This document shows positions 23,398 to 33,319 of a stretch of DNA of 64,000 nt, piece by piece. The DNA is taken from assembly GCA_029976705.1 (NCBI GenBank), contig JARVCM010000013.1:5612-69611 (forward strand), read 5' to 3'. The notes under the pieces are model-generated. The model was not told the DNA's origin and ran no database searches. It saw nothing but the letters and a program-made list of their open reading frames with translations. Made by a program: the position numbers and the translations under genes. The stretch comes from Mollicutes bacterium. GTDB lineage: Bacteria > Bacillota_I > Bacilli_A > Mycoplasmatales > MT37. Each line of letters begins with the position of its first letter. The stretch's first letter is position 1.

Positions 23398-24042
23398 TTG
23401 ATTAAAGTATTTATTACTTGACCTGTTTTTTTCTGATTTTCAATAAAATTATGAAGTAAAACAAGAAAAAAACAAAAGAAAAAAACAAAAAAAGAAGAAT
23501 CATTATATCGTTGAACAAAAAGATATTCTAATTATCTTTTATGACTAGAAGGTTGAAAAATTAACATAAAAAACAAGGATATATGAAACGAAAAAGCTAA
23601 TTTCATTGTTTGTGACAAAATCAATCCTTTCTTACTGTTAGCTTTAATGAAAATTAACAAATTTGAAGAAAACGCTCCTTTATCATTTCTAATAAACGAA
23701 GAAGAATGAAAAAAACTTGGAACTAAATTGAATAAATTTTATTCTTTAATAAATAATTTCATTATCAAAAAAAATCAAATTAAACAAAATATCAATTTAT
23801 GTATTGAAAACATTAAAATACCAAGAAATTTTTTTGTATTTTCTAAAGTAAAAAAAGAAAATTGAGAAGAAATAATCAACATTCCTTATGGTGGTTTTTC
23901 ACAAATTTTATTCATCTCTACATCCATTAATCAAAAAAAAATGGAAATTCAATTCCAAGAATTAATCACACCAATGCAAATTCTCAAATTAAACAAAAAA
24001 TTCCTTATTCAAAAAATACAAAAATGAAGTTCGCTGATTTAA
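23398..24042 (+). CDS. hypothetical protein, possibly a degenerate PlsC-type acyltransferase
   Basis: Open in code 4 with an N-terminal TM. FIVCDKINPFLLLAL sits where the NHxSxxD block would be, with no His. The start (TTG 23398 or GTG 23377) is uncertain. It ends at TAA 24040-24042, overlapping pdp. Confidence 0.3.
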
Positions 24043-25319
24043 TTACCAAAAAAATAAAAAATGAAGAATTAAACTTCAATGAAGTGAAATATATTGTAGA
24101 AAATTACTCCAACAACCAAATTAATGACAAAGAAATGACCAAATTAATTGATGCTTTTTTGATCAACCCAATGACAGAACAAGAAACAATTGATTTTTTT
24201 GATGTTACTTATCAAAAATCACAAAAAGTTGATTTGAGGCAAATTAAAAACTTTAAAATTGACAAACACTCCACTGGAGGAGTGGGTGATAAAGTAACTC
24301 TACTTTTGCTTCCTATTTTAGATGCGTTAGGATTAAAAAGTTATAAATTTTCAGCAGGTAGATTAGGTTTTACCGGAGGAACAATTGAAAAATTAAAAAG
24401 TTTTCCCAATATTGAACTAGAAATATCTGCTGAAAATTATATGCAAAAAGCAAAAGAAAACAACATTCTTCTTACTTCAGGCATTGAAGAAATGTCTTAT
24501 TTTGAAAAAAAATTATATCATTTAAGAAATGTTACACAAAAAAACAACGTTTTAGGAATGGTTGTCAATAGCGTAATGATTAAGAAAATGATTTTAAACA
24601 ATGATGGATTAATCATTGATGTAAAGGTCGGTAGCGGCGCTTTTTTTAAAACCTTTAAGGAAGGATTACAATTTGCCGAATTAGCAGCTAAAATTGCAAA
24701 CAAATATGATCGTAAATTTTCTTTCATCATCACAGATATGAATGAACCTTTGGGGGAAAATATCGGCAATAAATTAGAAATTATTGAAGTAATTAATTTT
24801 TTCAAAAATAAACAAACAAAAGATTTAAAAGAAATAGTAATTGCTCATGTTCATGAAGCATTATTAATGAGTAAAAAAACAAAAAGTTTAAAAGAAACAA
24901 AAAGCCAAGTAGAAAAAATAATTAAAAATGGAAAAGCTTTAGAAAAATTTCGACAATTTGTTGAAAAACAAAATGGTGATTTTGATTTTATTTACAAAAA
25001 TCAAGAAATTAAAACAAAAAATAAAATTGAAATAAAAAGTTGACAAAATGGTTATATTAATATCATCGATACAAGTAAAATAGGTTCGTTTGTAAATCAA
25101 ATAAACGTTCTCAACAATAATAAAATTGATTATGAATCTGGAGTTCAATTGTTTAAAAAAAATGGTGATTTTGTAGGTAAAAACGAGTTAATTGCAATAA
25201 TATGAACCAATCAAAAAAACACAAATTTGCTTGAAAGTCAATTTAAAAAATTAATCAATATTGATCAAAAACAAAAAATTCAAGTAAGCAAAATAAAGAA
25301 AATAATTAAAAATTTTTAG
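24024..25319 (+). CDS. pdp: pyrimidine-nucleoside (thymidine) phosphorylase
   Basis: DKHSTGGVGDKVTL and SGRLGFTGGTIEKL-like motifs. 431 codons. Confidence 0.87.
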
Positions 25320-26823
25320 AAACTTTAAATTCTCTAATTACTTCAATCAAAATATCTCCAGGAATCTTTAATTCTGTTTTAACTCTTAATTTAATTTGTT
25401 CTGCAATTTTTTCAGCCTCAAAATCATTCACTTTATTTGCATCTACAATCACTCTTATCACTCTTCCTGACTTAATTACATGACTGTCATTAACTCCTTC
25501 AATTTCACGACAAATTTTCTCAATTGCTTCTAATCTTTTGAAATAATCTTGTTCTACATTGTCACGAGCACCAGGGCGCGCCGCTGAAAGTGTATCTGCT
25601 GCCGCAACTAAAATTGAATATACATTGTCTTTAGGGACATCGTCATGATGAGAATGAATGGCGTTAATAACAATATCATCTTCTTGAAATTCACGTGCTA
25701 ATTCAACACCTACCTTAACGTGAGACTCTCCTACTTCATAATCTTTTGATTTTCCAATATCATGTAGTAGACCTGCCCGAATTGCAATTTCATCATTTAA
25801 ATTTAATTCAGAAGCCATTGAACCTGCTAATTTGGCAACTTCAATAGAATGTTGTAAAACATTTTGACCATAACTAGTTCTAAATTTTAATAATCCAAGT
25901 TGATGAATCAATTTAGGATGTAAATTAATAATTTTTAACTCATCAACAACCGCTTGACCTGCTTTTTTAGTTAAAACATCAATATTTTTTTTTTCATATT
26001 CAATTGTTTCTTTAATTCTTTGTGGTTGAATACGACCATCTTCAATTAATTTTTTTAAAGCTTGAAGAGCAATTGTTCTTCTTATTGGGTTATGACTAGA
26101 AAGTTTAATGATAGGACTGTTTGGTTCAATAATAACATCAACGCCCGATAATTCTTCAAAACTTTTGATATTTCTTCCTTGTTTACCAATAATTCTACCT
26201 TTTGTTTCTTCATCTTTTAATTCAATTTTGTAAACTGTTGCTTCATTAATATATTCACTAGCATATCTTTCAATAGCGGTTGCTAAAATATTATTAACTT
26301 TAACTTTAATGTTTTTTTCAACTTCATCAATTCGATCTTTGGTCATTTTATTCAAGCGATTAATTTGAACTTTTTCTAAATTTTTAAAAAGCTCATCTAA
26401 CGCCTCTTTTTTAGACATTTCAGCAACTTTTTCTAATTTTGTTGAAATTTCTTCGCGTTTTTTAAGTAATTGATCGCGAATATTATCTTGTTCTTTTTCT
26501 TTTTGTTTTAATGCTTGAATCTGTTTTTCTAAATTTGTTTTTTTTGTTTCTATTTTATTTTCTTCTTCTTTCAATAAAATTAATCTGTCTTGGATTATTT
26601 TTTTTTCTGAAGAATTACTTTCAAGAAACTTAGAATTAGCTTGTTGTTGTTTTACTTTTAAAAGAACGTTGCTTTCATTAACAATTAAATCCGCCTTTAA
26701 ACGCGCTTGTTCAAGAATTTTTTTACCTTTCTTTTGTTTCAAAAAATAAAAACAAAAATCCAACAGCAAAACTGATATTATTCCAGTAAAAAAACAAATA
26801 AGTATTAATAAATAAGTTGGCAT
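25306..26823 (-). CDS. rny: ribonuclease Y
   Basis: N-terminal TM, coiled coil, KH (GRIIGKQGRNI) and HD (LLHDIGK..HH) domains. ATG at 26823. Confidence 0.92.
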   Translation of the reverse strand: MPTYLLILICFFTGIISVLLLDFCFYFLKQKKGKKILEQARLKADLIVNESNVLLKVKQQQANSKFLESNSSEKKIIQDRLILLKEEENKIETKKTNLEKQIQALKQKEKEQDNIRDQLLKKREEISTKLEKVAEMSKKEALDELFKNLEKVQINRLNKMTKDRIDEVEKNIKVKVNNILATAIERYASEYINEATVYKIELKDEETKGRIIGKQGRNIKSFEELSGVDVIIEPNSPIIKLSSHNPIRRTIALQALKKLIEDGRIQPQRIKETIEYEKKNIDVLTKKAGQAVVDELKIINLHPKLIHQLGLLKFRTSYGQNVLQHSIEVAKLAGSMASELNLNDEIAIRAGLLHDIGKSKDYEVGESHVKVGVELAREFQEDDIVINAIHSHHDDVPKDNVYSILVAAADTLSAARPGARDNVEQDYFKRLEAIEKICREIEGVNDSHVIKSGRVIRVIVDANKVNDFEAEKIAEQIKLRVKTELKIPGDILIEVIREFKVSKNF

Positions 26824-26835
26824 AAACAAACACCC

Positions 26836-26861
26836 AAAAAACAATCCTTAACTAAGGATTG
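26836..26861 (-). terminator. hairpin plus T-run, 12 nt upstream of the rny ATG (recA terminator or rny leader attenuator)
   Basis: On the minus strand: caatcctta gt taaggattg followed by tttttt. Confidence 0.5.
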
Positions 26862-26995
26862 TCAAAAAAGTTTGAAAATAATCAAAATTCTAAGAAATGA
26901 AACAATTAATCACAAAAATTAAAAAAACATCCAGAAATTATTATAATACCAAAAAGATATCAAAAAATATTTATTTTCAAGTTAGATACTTTAAC

Positions 26996-27955
26996 TTATT
27001 TAATAGTGGTTTTAATCTTTTCCAAAATTTTTGGATTTTGCAATAAAAATTCTAAAGCTTTTTCTCTACCAATGCCTAATTTTACATCTTTAAAAAAATA
27101 TCACGCACCTTTTTGAAGGACAATTTTTTGAAAAACTGCTAATTCTAATATTTCTTGCATTTTATTAATACCTTTATTAAAAAAAATGGAAATTATTCCC
27201 TGTTCAAATGGTTTTGCGCGTTTATTTTTAATAATTTTCACACCAACATTAATGCCTTTATTTTCATTTTTGATCACAATTTTACCTTTATGTCTGAGTT
27301 GTATTCTTAATGAAGAATAAAATTTCAAAGCATTTCCGCCTGTTGTTATTTCAGGATTTGAAAAAAAAGTGTTTATTTTTTCACGAATTTGATTAATAAA
27401 AATAATTGAAGAATTTGTTTCACTTAACAAATAATTTATTTTACGTAAAGCTTTAGACATAATTCTTGCTTGCAAACCAATTGTATTATCACTCATACTA
27501 TTATTTTCTTCTGTTTCTGGTAAAAGCGCCGCAACAGAATCTAAAACAATCAAACAAACCTCTTTCGTTTTCAAAAAATCAATTATTAAGTCAAAAGTTT
27601 CTTCAGCGTTTTTGGGATTTAAAATAATTAAATTATCAATATTAACACCAATTTTTTGTGCATATTCAAAATTTAGTGTTCTTTCTAAATCAAAAAAAAT
27701 TGTTTTTTTTTGATTTAATTTTTGAAATTCACTTATTGCATGAAGAGCTAAAGTTGTTTTCCCAGTGGATGGCTGACCAAAAATTTCAATTATGCCTTTG
27801 ATAGGATAACCGTTTATTCCTGTTAAACGATCAATAATTAAACTACCTGAAGAAAAAAAAGAATTTTTAATAACTTTTTTTTGATCAAAAATTATTGAAT
27901 AACCAGAAGTATTTTTTAATAATTTTAATTTTTCCGTTAAAGATAAATTAGACAT
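26996..27955 (-). CDS. recA: recombinase RecA
   Basis: Walker A GQPSTGKTT, VLDSVAALLPE, and FINQIREKI..GGNALKFYSSLR. Confidence 0.92.
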
Positions 27956-28052
27956 TCGAATTCTCAACTCTATAATCTCAGTTTAACAAGAAAGAATAAA
28001 ATATCTTATCTAAATTCAATTAAATTATTAATTATTTATTTTTGAATAATAA

Positions 28053-28408
28053 GCAACAGTATGGTTTCTATAAGCCGCCTTCTGTAATGGTAATCATTTA
28101 TCTGTTTAGAACAAATTCTAAACCCGAAAGTTATTATGACCTTTTAACTTTCGATGCCCCTACCAAAATTTGGGTTACTTGCTTGTGGAAGTTTACCGCG
28201 TTTCACATTACTCGTCTCTGTGGCACTAGTCATCAATTTTTTTCCAAAATGTTTAAAAATTTTTATCAAAAAATTTTTAAAAACCTTTTTAAAAATCGTT
28301 TTGAATTTCTTCAAACACAAACACTACAGCGTATTAAGGTCAACTGTGCAAGGACGGACTTTCCTCTAATGAAGTAAATCATCAGCGATTACCCGAAACC
28401 ATACTGCC
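28053..28408 (-). ncRNA. rnpB: RNase P RNA (type B, Firmicute-like)
   Basis: The minus strand starts ggcaguaugguuuc.., which pairs with ..gaaaccauacuguugc at the 3' end (P1). It contains the conserved gaggaaaguccg (P4 5' strand) and acagaaggcggcuuaua (P4 3' strand). This is a local GC island with only spurious ORFs. Confidence 0.87.
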
Positions 28409-28438
28409 TAATACTTTTATATCACTTTGTAAAGAAAA

Positions 28439-28765
28439 TTACTTCTTATTCTTTTCTTCTAGAGTATTAATTCTTTGAATGATATCAACATTACTTAAAC
28501 CTTTATTTTCTAATTCTTTTAATTGTGTTTGTAAATTTTTAACGTGATTTTCTAAAATGCGTTTATCTTTTTTTACATTTTCAATATTTATTTTTGCTAA
28601 ATCTAGTTGTTCTTTGTAAAAAACAACAAGTATCTGTCAAGCCTCATAATCTTTCTTGATCAAATCAAAAAAATAATCAACCTCTTTAGCATCATAACCT
28701 CTGAGTTCAACGCTAAAACGTTTTTGTAAAATATCTTCAATCGTCAAATTAAATTTTATTTTCAT
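28439..28765 (-). CDS. gpsB: DivIVA-domain protein (GpsB-like)
   Basis: MKIKFNLTIEDILQKRFSVELRGYDAKEVDYFFDLIKKDYEAW.. matches the DivIVA N-terminal signature, followed by a coiled coil. 108 aa. Confidence 0.7.
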
Positions 28766-28780
28766 TTGATTCAAAAAAGC

Positions 28781-28814
28781 AAAAAAGTCACACAACTAAA
28801 ACAGTATGTGTGAC
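28781..28814 (-). terminator. rho-independent terminator downstream of hup
   Basis: On the minus strand: gtcacaca / 12-nt loop / tgtgtgac followed by tttttt. Confidence 0.6.
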
Positions 28815-28838
28815 CTTTAAACTTGTTGAAAAAATTGC

Positions 28839-29135
28839 TTATGAATTAGCGATTTTTTCAACAAGAGCGCTACTGGCTTTGAATTTCAAAACCTTTTTGG
28901 CAGGAATTAACACGGACTTCCCAGTACGTGGATTAACTCCCTTTCTTTCTGGTCGATGTACGACAGTAAAAGTACCAAAGTTTAGAAATCTAAACTTTCC
29001 CCCTTTTATCACAACATCTACCAACGTGTCGGTAATAACTGAACAAAAACGTTCAGCTTCCTTTTTACTGACACTTAATTTATCTGAACTTAATTCTTCT
29101 GAAATTAGTTCAATAAATTCTTTCTTATTTACCAT
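28839..29135 (-). CDS. hup: DNA-binding protein HU
   Basis: FGTFTVVHRPERKGVNPRTGKSVLIPAKKVLKFK. Strong ggagg SD. Confidence 0.92.
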   Translation of the reverse strand: MVNKKEFIELISEELSSDKLSVSKKEAERFCSVITDTLVDVVIKGGKFRFLNFGTFTVVHRPERKGVNPRTGKSVLIPAKKVLKFKASSALVEKIANS

Positions 29136-29279
29136 AACTATACCTCCAATAAATAATTGCCCTAAAATATATCATAGAAAAAGCAAAAACAAAAAAAAAT
29201 TAAAATGTTTTTGAATTTAAAAAAATTAAATATTGTTTTTTACCTTGTATTTACTTATGTTTTATAAATATAAAAAAAA

Positions 29280-31100
29280 TTATTTTAATTCTAAAATTTG
29301 TAATATTTTTTCTAATAAATTAGTAAAAACACCATAACTCTTCAAAGAAGAAACTAAAAAAATAGAAATATTTTGTTTTTTAATGAATGGGAAAAACGCT
29401 TTAATACTTTGTTCTATTTTGTTCTTATTTTCTTTAATTAGATCTGATTTATTACCTACAATAATAAATTTTTTATCAAATTGTAAAATTAAATCAATCA
29501 TTTTTTTATCTTGAACTGTTAATTCTTGTGAAGCATCACAAACAAACAAAACTAAATCAATTCATTTAAGATATTTTAAAATTTGAATTTTCGCTTTTTT
29601 TTCAATCGTTTGTGCTTTTGTGCGTTTTTTTCTAATACCTGCTGAATCAATAAAACTTAAATGATGATTTTGATATAGAATTTTTTCTTCCACTACATTT
29701 GTTGTCGTATGACGTTGGTTAGAGACAATAACTCTTTTTTTTCGACAAAGAGCATTAAATAAAGATGATTTTCCAACATTAGTTTTACCGAATAAAAGAA
29801 TTTGATTTGTCTTTTCACTTTCTTCTTCTTTTTCTTGTCCTGATATATTTTTTTCTATTCAATTTAATAGTTCGCTAAAATTTAATTTAGTTTTAGTTGA
29901 AAGGGGGATTTGGGTTTTTATTCCTAATTGATTGAAATTTTTAATTTGATCTTTATTAGTAAACTTTTCCGCTTTATTAATAATCAAAACAGTTTTATTT
30001 TTATGATATTTAATCAGTTTGTTAATTCTTAAATCAATCAAATTTAATGGTTGATTAAAATCAACAACTCAAAACAATCAATCACTTTGATTAATAACTG
30101 CCTCGGTTCTTTCGGCGATTTCTTTTTCTAAAAAATTACTTGTTTCTGTTAATCCACCTGTATCAACAAGAATAAAATTACGATTTTTAACAGTAATTCT
30201 TTTAGAATAAAAATCACGAGTGGTATTAGCAATTTGGGAAATTAAAACAGTATTTTTGCCAGCCAATCTATTAAAAAGTGTTGATTTACCAACATTACTT
30301 TGACCAATAATAGTTACTTTAGGAAGTGTAAAATTTTGTTGTTCAATAAGTTGCAACATTAATTTTAACGTTTGAGTAAAATCTAAAAAAGTATTATTAA
30401 TTTCAAAAGCATCAAGCGCTATTTTTAAAGAACCTATTTTTCTGTTGCGATCATTTTCATCTCTTTTCTTCATTTCTGTTTTAATTTTTTGATAAAAAGG
30501 ATCGTTTTTAAATGGATAATTGGGTTTACTAACATTTAATTTATTTATTAAAGTTTTAAAAGAGTTCTCTTTTTTTTTAAAATTTAATCATCGACGTTTT
30601 ACTCTTGCATCAAAAGCGGCGTTAATAAAAAATTTTACTTCAGCATCAGGAGCAATAACTGTGGTTGCGTCTCTTCCAACAAGAACAAAACATTTTTCTT
30701 TAATTCAATTTTGACAAAGAGAAGTAACTTGATTCCTAATTCATTTGTTATTGACAAAATAAGGCACTAAACTACTAATTGTTAAATTAAAAATTTGATC
30801 ATTTGGAATCAAATTGCCTTCAAAATAAAATTCATCTTTTTTAAATTGCAAATTTTGTTTAAAAAAAAGAAAATCTTTTTTTAATTGAAGTGTTGTATAA
30901 TTGTTAAAATCAAGATTTTTGCTTTGATAATATCAAATTAATAAGCGATAAATCTTACCACTATCTAAAAAAGCAAAATTTAATTCACGTGCTATTGATA
31001 ATCCTAAAGTAGTTTTACCACTTGCTGCTGGACCGTCAATAGCAATAATTATCGGCTTTATTTTTAATTTGTTAAAATGATTATTAGGCATGTAAACAAA
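29280..31100 (-). CDS. fused cytidylate kinase / GTPase Der (Der part lacks the KH domain)
   Basis: One continuous frame, checked codon by codon. Cmk part: [13 protein letters not shown] .. [10 protein letters not shown] .. [23 protein letters not shown]. It runs directly into Der G-domain 1 ([20 protein letters not shown]) and G-domain 2 ([24 protein letters not shown]). No stop of any kind at the junction. The start is uncertain (TTG 31100); the nearby ATG 31092 is out of frame. Confidence 0.75.
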
Positions 31101-31171
31101 ACACAAAAAAAGAATAAATTAATTCAAAAAATTCATTTGGTTCGACGTTTTTTTGATTTAATTAGAAAATC

Positions 31172-31747
31172 TATTTTTTGATCATAATTTTGAATCTTAT
31201 TATTAACCTTACTCACAACATCTAAAAGTTCAAAATGATTAATATTTTTTACTTTTGATTTTGCAACACTTTTTGTAATGTTTTCTTTTGATTGAATCAT
31301 TTGAACAAAAATGTTTTTATTTTCATTTTTTTTCTTTTTTCAATGTGATAATTTTTTAAAAACAAACGCCTCACTAGAAGATTGGGGAGAATATTCATCT
31401 AAAGTTTTGGGGTTTCTTTTTTCTTCGTTTCAAACTTCATTGATAACTTCTAATCATTTATTAATTTCGTTTTTATCTTTTAATCAATCACGATTTTTAC
31501 TAATTTTTTTAACTTGTAATAAAGAAGTAAAATTAGGAAAATAACTTTCGGATTTTTGCATTACTTTATCAAAAATTGAAGAATCAATTTTTGCTAATTT
31601 TTTTTGATAAAAAAGTACTTTTTGGTTATTTTCGTTTTTGAGTTTAATCATTTGAATTTCTTGATTGATTTGCTCGCGTAATTTAGCGTACCTTTTAATT
31701 CTAGTATTCATAATTTTTTTCCGTTTGTAATTTAATATTTTATCCAT
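31172..31747 (-). CDS. hypothetical charged/coiled-coil protein
   Basis: Track ORF 31484..31747 continues through 4 TGA codons to TAG at 31172-31174. No family recognised. Confidence 0.4.
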
Positions 31748-31764
31748 TGATACCCTTCGTGTGT

Positions 31765-32379
31765 TTATTTATTAATAATGGCACTAATACTCAAAATAAT
31801 GAAAAAACGAATAAAACTAAAAATAAGGGGAATTAAAAGGAAAGATGTTCCAAGTAAATTTTGTGGATTTTGATTTCAATCAAAATTAAAAAAGTTTATT
31901 TGTGGAACAAATAAAGATAAAACTAAAATGAAATATAAAATTTTTAATACTAGAAAAAAAAGTAAAGAAAAAAATATAAAAATAATTCTGCTAAAAAATC
32001 CTTTTTTTTTGGAAAATAAGTTTCAAAGTAAATAAACAAATGAAAATGCCAATGAATTAAAAATCGCTTCAAAAGGAACAAGTAAAATATTATGACCATG
32101 AAAAAGCTGATCTAAAAAAGGCAAAAAAAAAACAGAAACTAATAACAATTTAAAATTAACAATATTGATCAAAACAAAAGCAACAATCAAACCAAATTCA
32201 AAACGTTCAATTTCAATTCCATAGAGATGAATTGGTAAATGAAAAAAATTAATTACTAAAGAAAGCGCAATAATTCATGTACATAGCACTATGCTGTAAA
32301 TATAATTTGTATTTATTTGATGATAACAAATAAGATTCAAATCCTTTCTGTTTCTTCATTCTTTAAAAAATTTAAGCAT
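31765..32379 (-). CDS. small polytopic membrane protein (ECF S-component-like)
   Basis: 204-aa open frame in code 4 from ATG 32379, with about 5-6 TM segments. The family assignment rests on size and topology only. Confidence 0.4.
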
Positions 32380-32546
32380 TTAGTTTAAATTATTTTTCCA
32401 AAAATTAAAATTTTTAAGAGATTAATGTTATGTTAAAAAAACCTATCTTACATTTTAACAAAATTTTTTAGATAATTAACATTGTTAAAATTAAAAATTA
32501 AAAACAACGACATTTCTGGTTTACAATAAATTTATGATAGGTTATT

Positions 32547-33191
32547 ATGATTACATTCAACGTCTTGATAGAAACCAATAAAGGTTCTAATATGAAATAC
32601 GAATATGATACTAAGAGCGACGATTCGTTAAAGCAAGATAGTGGAAAAAAATTTCGTTTAGATCGTATTTTACACGGAAGCAACGTATATCCTGGCGACT
32701 ATGGTTTTATTGAAAAAACATTAGCTTTGGATAATGACCCGATTGATGTTTTAGTTTGAATTAGTCAACCTACTTTCCCAGGTTGTATTGTAAAAGTTAA
32801 AATCATTGGTGGTTTAGAAATGATTGATGGTGGTGAAATAGATAACAAATTATTAGGTGTTTGTGTTAACGATCCTGAATTTCAACATTTCAATTCTCTT
32901 GAAGAAATTCCGACAAAATGAAAAGAAAAGGTTCATGATTTTTTTCAAAATTATAAAAATTTAGAAAAAAAGGTAATAATTTTAAAAAATTGAATAAATC
33001 AAAAAAAAGCAATTCAATTTATTTGAGATTCGCAAAAGCATTGAATAAATTATAGAATTGAAAATAACATCGGCGACATTGAGTCTTGATATCAAAAACT
33101 TAAATATTTAAAAGAAAATATTAAAAAACAAAAAAAAGAATTAGAAAATATTAGTAAAAAAGGAAATTCAAAAAAAGGGAGGCAGAAATAA
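32547..33191 (+). CDS. ppa: inorganic pyrophosphatase (family I) with about 45-aa C-terminal extension
   Basis: YPGDYGFIEKTLALDNDPIDVLV and EIDNKLLGV motifs. The conserved core ends near ..AIQFIWDSQKHWINY. The Lys/Glu-rich tail continues to TAA at 33189-33191. Confidence 0.9.
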
Positions 33192-33313
33192 TAATGTTTT
33201 TTTTAGGAATTATGCTATTCATTATGCAAATGTCTTTTTTCACGCCATATTATTTGGTGATGTATTTCGTTAATTTATTTTAGTTTAAAAATAAATTTTT
33301 GATATCAAGACTC
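33081..33313. repeat. 18-bp perfect inverted repeat pair (33081-33098 and 33296-33313) enclosing about 197 bp
   Basis: gagtcttgatatcaaaaa versus tttttgatatcaagactc, an exact reverse complement read directly from the sequence. Confidence 0.9.
33194..33283 (+). CDS. 29-aa hydrophobic micro-ORF (candidate small membrane peptide)
   Basis: MFFLGIMLFIMQMSFFTPYYLVMYFVNLF*. gggagg at 33177-33182 lies 11 nt upstream of the ATG. The ORF sits inside the inverted-repeat-bounded segment. Confidence 0.35.
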   Translation: MFFLGIMLFIMQMSFFTPYYLVMYFVNLF

Positions 33314-33319
33314 AGCAAA

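Noticed and set aside
28042-28377. Two overlapping plus-strand ORFs (111 and 71 aa) in a locally GC-richer patch
   Set aside because: The patch is the RNase P RNA gene on the minus strand, as shown by P1 pairing and the gaggaaaguccg / acagaaggcggcuua motifs. The ORFs are by-products of that sequence and have no protein-like features.
31090-31092. ATG that looks like the cmk start (MPNN..)
   Set aside because: Careful reading gives atg cct aat aat tca ttt taa, which is out of frame with the Cmk P-loop and stops after 6 codons. The true frame has only non-ATG start candidates.
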